From the IMG/VR virus record IMGVR_UViG_2718217867_000004, positions 1 to 40,589 of that record: a stretch of DNA of 40,589 nt. One strand, given 5' to 3'. Positions 1 to 10,275 of this stretch are shown here, one piece after another. Within the stretch, counting starts at the first letter, position 1, and every line of letters begins with the position of its first letter. The DNA is from a virus (taxonomy: Duplodnaviria; Heunggongvirae; Uroviricota; Caudoviricetes). A model generated the notes under the pieces. The model was given only the letters and a program-made list of their open reading frames with translations, was not told the origin of the DNA and made no database searches. A program made the position numbers and the translations under genes.

Positions 1-8
1 CCTGTTCC

Positions 9-1163
9 TCATGTTGCCCAGGTTATCGTTCCGGTCACCGGCAGCTCTCCCTGCGACAGCGTGATGTTGCTGTCAGGAGACACCAGAATGAACCCGTCTG
101 TCCCCTCTGTGTCCGCAATGGCGTACCAGAGGTCTGAAAGGTGAATCACCCCGCTGCCGTCCGGTTCACCCACGTTGTACAGCACCTCGCTGATGGCACT
201 CTCCACCCGTGCCTTCAGTGCCGCCGTGGCACTGCTCAGCCCCTGTATCTCAAAATCAATGCTTCTGGCCACCGGCGACATCACGTACACCACCGCCGTG
301 ACCGGCTGGTACTGCCGGATATGGTCCGCCACCGTCAGCTGCACCCCCGTGGCTTTCCGGTCCGTCCAGTCCTCATCCGTTGCCACCCCGTCCGTGCCGT
401 CAGGAAAGCCCCCGGCGTTGTCTTCATCATCTCCGTCCGTCATGATGTAAACACCCACCGTCCCGAACCCCAGTGCACGGTTCACACACCATGCACGGGT
501 CACACCGGGAACTTCCAGCGCCCACTGCACATAGTCCGCCGCCGCCCCGCCCTGAGGCGGGTTCTGGTACGCATACAGCACGCGCTGGCGGTACGCTTCC
601 TCATCCTCAGTGTCACTGCCGCCGGTGGCGGCACTCACCATCGTCACCGTTGAGTCGATGCCTGACCAGGTGACATCCGGTGTCAGGGTCGTTCCGGCAT
701 CCGCGTTACCGTCATCACCACCGCCGGTGCGGTCATCCGTCGGGTCCGGCAGCACCGCCGTGATGCTCCCCGTGCCGCTGCCGTCACTGTCAATGCTCAC
801 ATCCTCATCCAGCGTGTACTGATACCCGTCCGCACGGTTCAGCACCGCCTCCGCGCTCACCGTGCTGCCCGGTGTGCCAGTAAAGCGCACCGCCTCACAG
901 GTGGCCGCCACTGCTGCCCTGCGGATGATGCCCTTCAGTGCCCCCCACGCCGCCAGATATTCCCCGGTGGCCGTGGCCGGTGTGCACTGCTGCGCTATCC
1001 AGTCAAGATAGCCGTAATGCAGATGCGTCATGCCCGCCACGGCATCCGCCAGAATCCCCAGCGTGGAAAACCGCAGCAGGGCACCGGCCTCATCCAGCTG
1101 GCCGGTCACATACGACCGGCTTTTCTCACGCAGTTCGCTTAATCCGGGACGCTCAAACGGCAT
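9..1163 (-). CDS. Baseplate J-like protein (Mu gp47-like)
   Basis: Long minus-strand ORF with Thr/Gly/Asp-rich central region typical of baseplate J proteins; sits downstream of gp46/gp45-like genes in Mu gene order. Start moved to the internal ATG (MPFERPG...) that overlaps the upstream stop; the stop at 9-11 overlaps the ATG of a further gene truncated by the window edge. Confidence 0.8.
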   Translation of the reverse strand: MPFERPGLSELREKSRSYVTGQLDEAGALLRFSTLGILADAVAGMTHLHYGYLDWIAQQCTPATATGEYLAAWGALKGIIRRAAVAATCEAVRFTGTPGSTVSAEAVLNRADGYQYTLDEDVSIDSDGSGTGSITAVLPDPTDDRTGGGDDGNADAGTTLTPDVTWSGIDSTVTMVSAATGGSDTEDEEAYRQRVLYAYQNPPQGGAAADYVQWALEVPGVTRAWCVNRALGFGTVGVYIMTDGDDEDNAGGFPDGTDGVATDEDWTDRKATGVQLTVADHIRQYQPVTAVVYVMSPVARSIDFEIQGLSSATAALKARVESAISEVLYNVGEPDGSGVIHLSDLWYAIADTEGTDGFILVSPDSNITLSQGELPVTGTITWAT

Positions 1164-1164
1164 C

Positions 1165-1602
1165 TCATACCTCCCACACCCGGTAAAATTTCTGGTATTC
1201 CGTCGTGTCCGCATCCGGACGCTGGTATGCAATGGTCATGTACAGCCGGTCTGGCGGCACTATCCACGCCTCCACATCCAGCGAGGCCACCACGCCGTCA
1301 TCCTTCAGCCACTGCAGCGCCTCCCGGGCGTATGCCTCCGCCTTAAGCGCCACCTGTGTGGTCAGTTTCTGCCTGCGCAGCAGCCACAGCCGGGAGCCGA
1401 CCCGGTAGTCCTGCTCAAGGTCACCCCACCATCCGCGCCGGTTTCCGTCATCCGTCTCATCTGATGCATCCGCCAGCCTGTCCGTGAACAGGCTGATGAG
1501 AATGGCCGTCTGCAAATCATTTCCGCAGACAATGTCACCTGTGCCCACGGACCAGTCGCACCGCAGCGCCTCTTCATCGTACAAAAGCGTGATATCGCTC
1601 AT
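1165..1602 (-). CDS. Baseplate protein, phage GP46 family (Mu gp46-like)
   Basis: 145 aa; sequence and size typical of the GP46 family; conserved position between spike and J-like genes. Confidence 0.75.
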   Translation of the reverse strand: MSDITLLYDEEALRCDWSVGTGDIVCGNDLQTAILISLFTDRLADASDETDDGNRRGWWGDLEQDYRVGSRLWLLRRQKLTTQVALKAEAYAREALQWLKDDGVVASLDVEAWIVPPDRLYMTIAYQRPDADTTEYQKFYRVWEV

Positions 1603-1603
1603 C

Positions 1604-2185
1604 TCACACCGTCCCCGTGGTTGCCTGACTTGTCACCGTGCTGCCGCCGCTCTCCACACCGCTGACCGGGTGGGTGTGGATGTTGTATGCCTCCCGCAGC
1701 GCCTTCAGCGTGGTGCTGTTGGTTTCACAGTTGTCCGTGATATCCCCCGTCACCTTCAGCGACGGCGTTTCAAGGGTGACCCCGTCCGTCGCCGTTACCT
1801 TCAGCGTGGTGGCCCTGTTCACCGTCACCGGCTGCCCGGAGGCCTCCACCACAATCCCGTCCTCACCCAGACGGACGAACTGCCCCCACTGGTTGTAGAC
1901 CACCACCTCACCGCTGCTCAGACCGTTAATCCGGTATGACTGATGGCCGGACGCCACCACCACCGCGCTGCTGCGGTTACCGGCAAGACTCATCACCACC
2001 ACATCCGTTCCGTCGGGCAGCACCGAGGAAAAACCAAACTGCTGAAGAACCGGCGTGTCGCTGCGTACCTCTGACGGACTCTGCACCTGCACGGTCTGCA
2101 CCACACCGCTGTCATCACCCGCCGTCACGCGCCCCACGCTCAGCAGTGACACCAGACGGCGAAAAAGCACCTGTACAGGATTCAT
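1604..2185 (-). CDS. Baseplate spike / assembly protein V (Mu gp45-like)
   Basis: 193 aa, N-terminal OB-fold-like region and Gly/Val/Thr-rich C-terminus typical of gpV spike proteins; gene order. Confidence 0.75.
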   Translation of the reverse strand: MNPVQVLFRRLVSLLSVGRVTAGDDSGVVQTVQVQSPSEVRSDTPVLQQFGFSSVLPDGTDVVVMSLAGNRSSAVVVASGHQSYRINGLSSGEVVVYNQWGQFVRLGEDGIVVEASGQPVTVNRATTLKVTATDGVTLETPSLKVTGDITDNCETNSTTLKALREAYNIHTHPVSGVESGGSTVTSQATTGTV

Positions 2186-3270
2186 GACGACACATCCCTT
2201 CCGGCCACGCCGGAATAAAAACGGTACGGCTGCACGCTGAACGCCTCCGGCGGCATCAGGACCAGCGATGCCGTGGTCCCCGTCTCATCGTCACGGCTGA
2301 ACGTCACCTCAGAGACCAGCCAGTTCAGACTGTCCGCCCCCAGTGCCGGTATGCTCACCGGCACAAAGGTGTTGGGCTGCCACAGCGTTCCCGCACTGTC
2401 ACGCCAGCTGTCCACCGTGACGTTCACTGCCATGGAACGCCCGTAGCGCCGGTTCATTTCCCAGTTCACCGCCTGCTGTGCACACCCCGTCGTCATCAGC
2501 GTGCTCTCCACTATCGTCACGTGACGACGGGTGCGCATACCGGCGGCTTCCGGGTCACGGGCCGTCGCCAGCAGCACGCTGTCATAACCGGATGCCGGTG
2601 ACAGCTCGCTGAGGCTGTTCACCGACACCGACAGCCCGGTGTATTCCGAAAACCGTTCATTCATGCTTCGTGTGTACTCCGCCTTCTGCAGGTTCACCCC
2701 CTGCGTCACCCCGCTGGCTGCCGACGCCGTTCCTGCCCGCGTCAGGAACAGGCTGCCATCCGGCAGGTCGTAATACAGCAGCCCCTCATACCGGCAGATG
2801 CGGTCAATGATTTGCTGCGACGACTCCCCCCAGTTGATGACAAAATCCGGCACCGTGGTGAAACTGTCGATGTCTGTCGTCACCGTGATGCCGTACACCG
2901 ACGCCAGTTTTCTGATGATGGCCAGCGCATCGCCGCCCTTTATCATGTTGTTCTCCCACCAGGCGGCGCAGTCCACAAGGTCCTGGCACATTCCCCTGCC
3001 CGTCACCCGGATATCATGCGACTGCGGCGTCAGGGTGTTCACCCACTGGTCGACATAGCCGGTCATCACCCGGTCATCACCAATGGATATCGTGCAGTTG
3101 CTCCCCGGCGGGGCCAGCTGAAAGCCCTCCTGCGGATACCAGTCCGTCAGCGAAAGCTCAAAATCCGACGGCAGGCGCTCAATACCCCGCGTCACCCGGA
3201 TATGGCTCCATCCCGACATGACGGTGTTGTTCACCTTCAGCGTCAGGGTGTCATCTGTGGTTGTACTCAT
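2182..3270 (-). CDS. Baseplate hub / tail protein (Mu gp44-like, phage late control D family)
   Basis: 362 aa ORF translationally overlapping its neighbours, in the position of Mu P (gp44). Confidence 0.7.
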   Translation of the reverse strand: MSTTTDDTLTLKVNNTVMSGWSHIRVTRGIERLPSDFELSLTDWYPQEGFQLAPPGSNCTISIGDDRVMTGYVDQWVNTLTPQSHDIRVTGRGMCQDLVDCAAWWENNMIKGGDALAIIRKLASVYGITVTTDIDSFTTVPDFVINWGESSQQIIDRICRYEGLLYYDLPDGSLFLTRAGTASAASGVTQGVNLQKAEYTRSMNERFSEYTGLSVSVNSLSELSPASGYDSVLLATARDPEAAGMRTRRHVTIVESTLMTTGCAQQAVNWEMNRRYGRSMAVNVTVDSWRDSAGTLWQPNTFVPVSIPALGADSLNWLVSEVTFSRDDETGTTASLVLMPPEAFSVQPYRFYSGVAGRDVSS

Positions 3271-4691
3271 GTGTTTCTCGCTGTGAAGGAAAGCGGCATG
3301 AACGCCGGATGGACGGGAGAGACCGCCTGTACCAGTTCGTCCGCACGCGAGGCGTCCTGATACAGCCGGTTTGCCAGCGCCAGCGACGGCTGCGGTGAGC
3401 GGCTGGTCACCTTCATCACGTCCTGTTGTGACAGATAATTCGTCTGCCAGTGGGTGACAAACTGCGTGTACTGCGCATTCAGCGCGTCATAACTGTCGTC
3501 ATCCGTACGGTCAGCCAGTAACAGCAGGACGGTTTCCGTCACCGTGCGGGCCTTCCGCATCACCAACACCGCGTCGTCGTGACCACGGGGGGAATACTGC
3601 ATCAGCCGCCACAGCATCGCTCCGGCCCCCAGTGTGCGGATAAGGGCCTGCACCGCCGCAGAGATGGCATTTGCCGCCTCCCCTTCGTAATACGTCCCGT
3701 CTTCCGCCGACGCAATCTCAGCCATGACGCGGATTTTCTCCGTGTCGCTGCCCGTGGCCTCCGCCAGAGTGATAATGACCGCCTGTATCGCGGACACGGC
3801 ACCGGACACGGATGTGATATCCTCCAGCACCGCTGTCGCCGACTCCGCCGCCGACCGGTCCTGCACGGAGCAGGCCTGAATGGTTTCCAGGATACTGTCA
3901 TCATCCGCATCCGTGGTGGCAAGCCACGTTGCAAGCGACGAGGCCGTGCTGCCCGACGGCGTATCACTGCCCCGACAGTAACGCCCGTAACTGTCAGGCG
4001 AATACAGGGATGACACCGTGCTGGTCATGCTGGTCACCGACGTCACCGCCCGCGAAAATATCGTCTTCCACGCGCTCACCGTGCTCTTTATCGTTTTTAC
4101 CGCGCCGGTGACACTGTTCATCTCACCGGTAATCGCCGCCAGCGTCACGGTGGCCGTTGTGGTCAGCGTCTGATACCACGTCTCCGATGACGTGGAGGTT
4201 GTCCCCGTCACCAGTGAAAACGCTTTTTCCCCTGACTCAATGACGGTCAGCGTGAACGAAAACACACGCCCGGACTCCACGCCCTCTTCAATACGCAGAC
4301 CTCCGTCCGGGACATACACCGTCATCTCACCCAGCGTCGGATGGACCAGCAGACCTCCGCCGGATGTTTCACAGGCCGCCACCAGGGCATCCCGCTGACT
4401 GAACACATCCCCCGCGCTGTACACCAGACTGTCCTGTATCAGGAACCCGCGCAGTGTGAACTTCCGGGCGCTGCGCCCCAGGTCTTCCACCCAGACCGTA
4501 TCGCGGTACGGGTATTCATGCACCGCCACCCGGCGACCATATACCCCCTCTCCGGCAATCACGCCAAACGGCACGCCACAAAATGACGCCTGGTGAATAT
4601 GCGACTGCCACTCCCACCCGCCGGAGGAAGACAGCCCCAGGGCGGATGACACCGCGTCTGTGATAATGCCCATCTTCTGCTCCTCACACAT
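3267..4691 (-). CDS. DNA circulation protein-like tail protein (Mu gp43-like)
   Basis: 474 aa ORF directly downstream of the tape measure gene; Ser/Thr-rich central region; gene order matches Mu N. Confidence 0.65.
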   Translation of the reverse strand: MCEEQKMGIITDAVSSALGLSSSGGWEWQSHIHQASFCGVPFGVIAGEGVYGRRVAVHEYPYRDTVWVEDLGRSARKFTLRGFLIQDSLVYSAGDVFSQRDALVAACETSGGGLLVHPTLGEMTVYVPDGGLRIEEGVESGRVFSFTLTVIESGEKAFSLVTGTTSTSSETWYQTLTTTATVTLAAITGEMNSVTGAVKTIKSTVSAWKTIFSRAVTSVTSMTSTVSSLYSPDSYGRYCRGSDTPSGSTASSLATWLATTDADDDSILETIQACSVQDRSAAESATAVLEDITSVSGAVSAIQAVIITLAEATGSDTEKIRVMAEIASAEDGTYYEGEAANAISAAVQALIRTLGAGAMLWRLMQYSPRGHDDAVLVMRKARTVTETVLLLLADRTDDDSYDALNAQYTQFVTHWQTNYLSQQDVMKVTSRSPQPSLALANRLYQDASRADELVQAVSPVHPAFMPLSFTARNT

Positions 4692-6642
4692 CCATCGCCG
4701 TGACCACCGCGCCCCCCTTCACCGTCCGTCGGGTTGTCTGCCCCGTGGCGGTGTTGGTGACGTTAATGTCCAGCCGGATTTTGTTTTCGCTGAAACCGCG
4801 ACTGATTTCATCCCGCACGTCAGTCCCTGAACTGCCGGACTGCGGCATGATGATGCTGCCGCCGGATACCTGTGACATGTGCCTGAACACCTTCAGCGCG
4901 TAGGTCTGTGTCTCCTGCGGCATCCCCTTCTGTCCGCGAAGCCAGGCGCTCATATTGCCTTCGCCCCAGTTGTACGCCTGAAAGGCGCGCTGCATGTCAC
5001 CACCATACTGCGCCATCAGCCCCGCCAGTTTTCTGGCGGCTGCCTCCGAGGCCCGGTAAGGGTTGAATACATCCATACCGGAAAGACCATACTCCCGGGC
5101 CGTCGGGTCAATGAACTGAAACATCCCCTTTGCCGTGCCGTAACGGGTGAGCGGCCCGACAGCATCCGCCCGCCCGGACGACTCCGTCATGGCCAGACCG
5201 TACAGCGTGTTTTCCGGCAGGTTGTACTGCTTCTCCAGTGCCGCAAAATGCGCCCGCAGTTCAGGGGTGATATCACGACCACCGGCACCGTTTTTTTGTG
5301 GTGACGTGATCTGTGACAGGGCCGGAGACACCATAACTTTCGACAGATCGTCATTCAGCATCGTGGTAAGCGCATTCAGTCTGTCGGACCGCTGACCGGA
5401 CAGACGCGTGTGCATCTCCAGGAGATCTGATGTCGCGATATTGTTATCGAGATTGTATCTTTGCCGGGACGTCAGTGATTTCAGTTGCTCCGGATGGGCA
5501 TACAGATAACCGCGCAGCTCTGACAGACGGTCCCCCGTTTTCTGCTGACTGCTGCGCTGACCGGTCAGGACATCGGTCGCCCAGTCCACGGAGGCGGTGA
5601 CAGCATCACTGCCCAGTACCTTCGCCTTCATCCTGCCGGTGAAACCATCCCACGCGGCTGACAGACGGTTCAGGTTGCTGTTCGCCTGAACCAGCTTCGC
5701 ATTCAGACTGTCCGGCATCGACAGCCCCAGACGATCGGACTCCGCCAGCGCCGCATTCAGGTTTTTCGTTCCCCGCAGCAGCGCCAGTTGTGCATCCGAC
5801 AGCCCCAGCGCGTCTGCCACCACCTTCTGCGACGAACTGTTCAGTCGCCCGAAGGCATCAATCAGGTTCTGCGTGCTCTTTTCCAGGTTCACCGTGTGGT
5901 CGCTATTCTCCGCCAGCTTCACACCAAACTGGTTAAGAATGCCCGTGACCTCCGGTGAACGGGTGTTCAGCGCATCGTTCAGTGTCGTGAACAGTGCACC
6001 GGTCTCCGCCTGTGCCTGATCTGCCGACAGGCTCATCAGACGGAACACCCCGGCAAAGCGGCTGAACGCACTCACGCGCATTCCGGCGTTCCTTGCGTTC
6101 ACATCCAGGCTGTATGCCGCTTTCGAGGCATCATAAAGATTACTGACGACCGCCTTCACCGCCATGCCACCGCCAGCGACCACAAGCCCCGCAAGACCTC
6201 CGCGCCCCAGCGCACTGAACAACTCTGATGACAGTGCCCCGACATTGCGCAGCGGCGGCACAATATCCCCGAAATGCTGTGACGTGTCCTTCCCCAGCCG
6301 GGACAGCCGTTCAAAATATCCGGACATCCTGTCCGCATTCTCCTGACTCTCCCTTCCCAGCGCCCTGTTACCCGCCCTGTCTGTGGCCAGCAGCGCGTTC
6401 ATCAGTAGCGTAACCGAATCGTGGATCTGCGTTATCTTCCCGCCCAGCGCATCCGCCGCACCGGATGCCCCGTTCAGGGACGTGTCATTTACTTCACCCA
6501 GCTCCTCAGACAGACCTGACACGCTGGCCGCCGCCTGCTCTGCGTTACCTGCCAGCAGTCCTGCAGCCTCTGAGGCTCTCAGTAAAAGCGCATCCGCGTT
6601 ACCCTTTGCATTCAGCTCAAAAACAAAAGCATTACCCGCCAT
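4684..6642 (-). CDS. Tail tape measure protein with C-terminal lytic transglycosylase (SLT) domain
   Basis: About 650 aa, Ala/Leu-rich alpha-helical N-terminal two-thirds; C-terminal motif LAMTESSGRADAVGP...GMFQF...AYNWG matches the SLT catalytic signature. Start placed at the ATG with a GGAG SD (the track uses an upstream GTG at 6648). Confidence 0.85.
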   Translation of the reverse strand: MAGNAFVFELNAKGNADALLLRASEAAGLLAGNAEQAAASVSGLSEELGEVNDTSLNGASGAADALGGKITQIHDSVTLLMNALLATDRAGNRALGRESQENADRMSGYFERLSRLGKDTSQHFGDIVPPLRNVGALSSELFSALGRGGLAGLVVAGGGMAVKAVVSNLYDASKAAYSLDVNARNAGMRVSAFSRFAGVFRLMSLSADQAQAETGALFTTLNDALNTRSPEVTGILNQFGVKLAENSDHTVNLEKSTQNLIDAFGRLNSSSQKVVADALGLSDAQLALLRGTKNLNAALAESDRLGLSMPDSLNAKLVQANSNLNRLSAAWDGFTGRMKAKVLGSDAVTASVDWATDVLTGQRSSQQKTGDRLSELRGYLYAHPEQLKSLTSRQRYNLDNNIATSDLLEMHTRLSGQRSDRLNALTTMLNDDLSKVMVSPALSQITSPQKNGAGGRDITPELRAHFAALEKQYNLPENTLYGLAMTESSGRADAVGPLTRYGTAKGMFQFIDPTAREYGLSGMDVFNPYRASEAAARKLAGLMAQYGGDMQRAFQAYNWGEGNMSAWLRGQKGMPQETQTYALKVFRHMSQVSGGSIIMPQSGSSGTDVRDEISRGFSENKIRLDINVTNTATGQTTRRTVKGGAVVTAMDV

Positions 6643-6777
6643 CGCCACTCCTCAGCCTGTTGATCCGCTCTGCCTGTGACAACCACCAGAGAATTTCCCC
6701 TGACGTCAGCCCCCACGCCTCGCGCGGGGACCAGTGAAAGAACCACGTCAGTTCAGCCGCCCTCGCCTGCCACTGGC

Positions 6778-7056
6778 TCAGGCCTCTAGGAAAAAACCCG
6801 TCAGGAACCGCTCACACTTTTTGTAATCGGACACCGCCATGAATTTCAGCGGGGCAGACGGCACGCCCGCCACTGCCGCAATCAGCTCACGCATGGCCGC
6901 CATTGCGCCCAGTGAGGCGGTATTGCGGTGAAAGTCCTCCGCCTGGAACAGCACCGGCTCTTTCAGTCGCAGCTCACGGAACTCGGTCCTGGTATCCGGA
7001 TCCTTCACCGGACGTTTCAGCGTCACCACCAGTTCTTCGGTCTGTTTCTCATTCAT
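6778..7056 (-). CDS. Tail assembly chaperone (G-like); probable -1 frameshift extension continues to about 6632
   Basis: 92 aa ORF between tail tube and tape measure; a slippery TTTTTTC heptamer three codons before the stop; the -1 frame stays open across the whole 135-nt gap to the tape measure start. Confidence 0.7.
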   Translation of the reverse strand: MNEKQTEELVVTLKRPVKDPDTRTEFRELRLKEPVLFQAEDFHRNTASLGAMAAMRELIAAVAGVPSAPLKFMAVSDYKKCERFLTGFFLEA

Positions 7057-7058
7057 TG

Positions 7059-7424
7059 TCAGCTCTCCGTCACTTCCCGCCCCTCAAAACGGGCCGTAAA
7101 GGTTGCATCGTTGTTGTCTGTCTCAATCCGGCCAGTCAGCCACATGTTCTGACCGAGAATGGTCTTGCCGTTCACCAGATAGGCCGCCACCGTCACATCC
7201 GTATATGCCGCAAAATCCTTCAGTGACAGTGAACCGGAATCACGCACCGTCATCTCGATAAACGGCGCTTTGTACGACTCCTTAAAGCCATGTATGCCGC
7301 TCATCCCCGTGAGCGTTTCACGCTCGATTTCACCCACGGAATATCTGAACGTTCCGGCCACATTGACCGACACGCCGTCAATCGTCACGGTACAGGTGCC
7401 CGCTAACGCGTTCTGACTCATCAT
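7059..7424 (-). CDS. Tail tube protein (Mu gpM-like)
   Basis: 121 aa, immediately downstream of the sheath gene; size and order typical of contractile tail tubes. Confidence 0.75.
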   Translation of the reverse strand: MMSQNALAGTCTVTIDGVSVNVAGTFRYSVGEIERETLTGMSGIHGFKESYKAPFIEMTVRDSGSLSLKDFAAYTDVTVAAYLVNGKTILGQNMWLTGRIETDNNDATFTARFEGREVTES

Positions 7425-7463
7425 CGTCTCCCGTAAAAAAGCCGCCCGCAGGCGGCATCATGG

Positions 7464-8966
7464 TTAATCGCTGCGGCTGTTCAGCCTGAACTGGTTCAGC
7501 ACCGCAAAGATGCGTAACTGGTTCATCAGGCGGCCCGGCCACACCACGTTCACGCGGTTCGGGTTGTCACTGTCACGCTCAACCACCAGTTGCTCCGCAA
7601 ACGCATCCGCATTCTGCACGTAGCCGTTGCTCGCCAGCGTCCGGAACCGGGCGATCAGCTCAGCACGAATAATCGCAGGTGTGGCTATCGCAGCCCCTGC
7701 CGGAATATTCGCGTCGTCATCTGCCAGCTTCATCCGTCCAAACTTCGAGGTCACCTGTGTGCGCATGTCGCGGCATACATACATCAGCGTGTACATCGTC
7801 TCGATCTGCAGGTAGCTGTCGTCTGTCGCACCGTATCGGTTGGTCTGGTACGTGGTGATGGTATTCTCAAGCGTCACCGTATCGTCGGCCGACACCGTGA
7901 AGGTTGAGATACCGCTGTAGAGAAGCGTGTTCCGCTCCGTCAGGGTGAAACGGCTTGCCAGCGGCGGGGCCAGCACACCGGATACCGGCAGCGTCTGGGT
8001 GGGTCTCGCCGGATCGTTGCGGACCGACTGCGCCAGCGCCCCCACCATCGCGGCGGCATAGTCATATGAGGTGTTCGGACCGTCATACACTCCCCAGAGT
8101 GTCATGTGCTGGTCGTTGCGGCGCTCTCCCTTGTCTGCCAGCTCGCCATAGCTGCCGTTTACCGCCGTGAAGGCATGGCCGTAAATTTGTTTGTCCCACG
8201 CCCAGCGACCTTCGTCATCCGACAGAAAATCCTTCATGTCGTTGAGCGATGTGGTGTCGGAATACGCCAGGACAATGAAATCAAACGTGCGGTCGCCCAG
8301 AGAGGCGAGCGCATCCGCAAGGTCCGGCGCACCCTCCCCGCCACTCATCGCCGTGATGGTCAGCGTCAGGCCGTCCGGGGTGGACTCGCCGCCGGATGAC
8401 CCGAGATAGTTCAGCCGGATATCAATGGTGTTTCCCGTCTCACCGGCATTTCTGGCCGTAAGCTCAACGGTCGTGCCATCACGGGGCACGGAGGCCGTCA
8501 CCGGCAGCCCGGAGGTGGCGTTGATTCTGTCTGCCAGCAGACTGGCAATCTCTGCCCGCGTGTACGCTGGCTTCACCGTCAGGCGCACGCGGGTGCCTGC
8601 GATGTACAGGTAAATAACGCCGGATGCCGTCGGCACACTGTCAACAGATATACTGCCTGTGGCCGTCGTCATGCTGCTGTCATCATCTGCCAGCGGCAGC
8701 AGCCAGGTCTCTCCGTAGCTGTCATTTTTAAGGTAGGCCATCAGCATGGTATGCAGCATGGAGCCTTCCCCGCACAGCCCGGCAGCCATGGAGGCCGATG
8801 AACAGCGGTATGCCGTCCCTGCCGTGGCCGTTCCCGCAGCCGTCATCTGACCAATCAGCAGGGTGCGCTGCGTCTCCGTGGCGCTGTTCGCCATTGAGTT
8901 GTCCACTTCAACATAGAACAGTGGCACACGGAGATTTGACGGGATATTGCTGAACGATACCGTCAT
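7464..8966 (-). CDS. Tail sheath protein
   Basis: 500 aa ORF with a sequence typical of contractile tail sheath proteins; followed by tube and chaperone genes. Confidence 0.9.
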   Translation of the reverse strand: MTVSFSNIPSNLRVPLFYVEVDNSMANSATETQRTLLIGQMTAAGTATAGTAYRCSSASMAAGLCGEGSMLHTMLMAYLKNDSYGETWLLPLADDDSSMTTATGSISVDSVPTASGVIYLYIAGTRVRLTVKPAYTRAEIASLLADRINATSGLPVTASVPRDGTTVELTARNAGETGNTIDIRLNYLGSSGGESTPDGLTLTITAMSGGEGAPDLADALASLGDRTFDFIVLAYSDTTSLNDMKDFLSDDEGRWAWDKQIYGHAFTAVNGSYGELADKGERRNDQHMTLWGVYDGPNTSYDYAAAMVGALAQSVRNDPARPTQTLPVSGVLAPPLASRFTLTERNTLLYSGISTFTVSADDTVTLENTITTYQTNRYGATDDSYLQIETMYTLMYVCRDMRTQVTSKFGRMKLADDDANIPAGAAIATPAIIRAELIARFRTLASNGYVQNADAFAEQLVVERDSDNPNRVNVVWPGRLMNQLRIFAVLNQFRLNSRSD

Positions 8967-9199
8967 GCATCACCCCCTTTCGCCGTGCTGGCAGACGTGC
9001 TGCCTGTTGCTGTCGTGGACGCGGTCACTTTGCCGGTGGCTGCCGTGGTGGCCCTGTCAGCCAGTACCACATCCCCCTGCTTCAGGCGGCGTCGCCAGAA
9101 CAAATCACGATCCGGCACCTCCGCCCCCTCATCAGGCAGCAGACGTGACGGGTCGCCGGGGTAGCGCACCCTGCGCCCCGGTACAGGTTTCACAAACAT
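8963..9199 (-). CDS. Small virion-associated protein (DUF2635-like), hypothetical
   Basis: Start placed at an ATG with an AGGAG SD 7 nt upstream, after the stop of the upstream gene; Thr/Ala-rich C-terminus. Confidence 0.45.
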   Translation of the reverse strand: MFVKPVPGRRVRYPGDPSRLLPDEGAEVPDRDLFWRRRLKQGDVVLADRATTAATGKVTASTTATGSTSASTAKGGDA

Positions 9200-9212
9200 G
9201 GAATTTCTCCTG

Positions 9213-9776
9213 TCAGGTTTCACTGCCGGTTTCATCACCGGCAGACAAATCAAAATGCAGGCGGAATGACGGATACACGCCGCGCACGTTCACCTCACGC
9301 AGCGGGACAATCTCAGACGGGAAGAAATCCTCCGGCCCCTGGTAGTACTCCAGATCCAGCTCCAGCACCACAATACCGGTGTGCGCTTCACCGTCGGAAT
9401 CCACGCCGATATGCGACCGGATCCTGCTGATTTGCTGAAACTTCATGCGGACGTCCGGATTACCGATGACGGCACGCTCTATCGCCTCCTTCATCGCCTC
9501 CGCCTCTTCCCACGCCACGCCTGCTGCATTTTCCGTCTCGTCCCCGCTGTCATACGCCAGCACGCGACCGTCGATACGCAGGGTCGTGGTGGTGGTGAAC
9601 TGCGGCACATGCCGCCCCTGTGACACCTTGTGTTCGGACTGCACGGACACAATGATGAGCGGGTACTGGTCCGGCATCACCGGCAGGGTGCGCGGGGAAT
9701 ACACCCGACCGCCAAAACCGGAACAGTCGTTCAGTGCCCGGGTGACAATTTTTCTGGCTTCTGCGGTATTCATCAC
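9213..9776 (-). CDS. Tail completion / neck protein (Mu gp37-like), hypothetical
   Basis: 187 aa ORF between head-completion genes and the tail sheath; function assigned from position only. Confidence 0.5.
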   Translation of the reverse strand: MMNTAEARKIVTRALNDCSGFGGRVYSPRTLPVMPDQYPLIIVSVQSEHKVSQGRHVPQFTTTTTLRIDGRVLAYDSGDETENAAGVAWEEAEAMKEAIERAVIGNPDVRMKFQQISRIRSHIGVDSDGEAHTGIVVLELDLEYYQGPEDFFPSEIVPLREVNVRGVYPSFRLHFDLSAGDETGSET

Positions 9777-10108
9777 TTCACCCTGTTCAGTTCAAGTCGC
9801 GTGCCGCCGTGGCTGTCCGGTTGCACATCCCGCACGATATACAGCTCCCCCGTGCGCACGATGAGGAAAATATCGCCCTGCTTCGGCTTCACGCGACACG
9901 CCGCATCCCGCACGCCCAGCACGGGCAGCGTGGAGTTTGATTCCGTGCCCCCGTCCTCGCCGACAAGCTGCTGCGTGTACGCCCGGTCAAAAATCCCGGT
10001 CAGCCGGTACGCCTCACCGCCACGCGGGCGGTGTTCGCATTCCTCACCAAACACCCCGAACAACGGGGACAACAGATTTTTGTCCCAGTCAACCGGTCCG
10101 GCCATCAC
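9773..10108 (-). CDS. Head-tail connector / head completion protein, hypothetical
   Basis: 111 aa ORF, start overlaps the preceding gene; function assigned from position between capsid and tail genes. Confidence 0.45.
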   Translation of the reverse strand: MMAGPVDWDKNLLSPLFGVFGEECEHRPRGGEAYRLTGIFDRAYTQQLVGEDGGTESNSTLPVLGVRDAACRVKPKQGDIFLIVRTGELYIVRDVQPDSHGGTRLELNRVK

Positions 10109-10274
10109 CCTTCATCTCCGCCAGTGGAACAATCACCCCCAGACGCAGAAGACGCTGCGCCTCGCTTTCGCTCAGGGTGATCACATTACCCTGCGCCACC
10201 CGTTGTCCGTTGTGCTGCACACAACCGCGCAGCACAACATAGTCAACCGGCGCGCCCTTTTTGCCGGACGCCAT
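10089..10274 (-). CDS. Small head-associated protein, hypothetical
   Basis: Start placed at the internal ATG (MASGKKG...) just after the capsid gene stop; 61 aa. Confidence 0.35.
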   Translation of the reverse strand: MASGKKGAPVDYVVLRGCVQHNGQRVAQGNVITLSESEAQRLLRLGVIVPLAEMKGDGRTG

Positions 10275-10275
10275 C

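Noticed and set aside
141-653. 170-aa plus-strand ORF and other 60-150 aa ORFs antisense to tail genes (175-450, 1030-1464, 1484-1939, 2812-3360, 3579-4013)
   Set aside because: All lie inside well-supported minus-strand structural genes and have Arg/His/Pro-rich composition typical of antisense frames.
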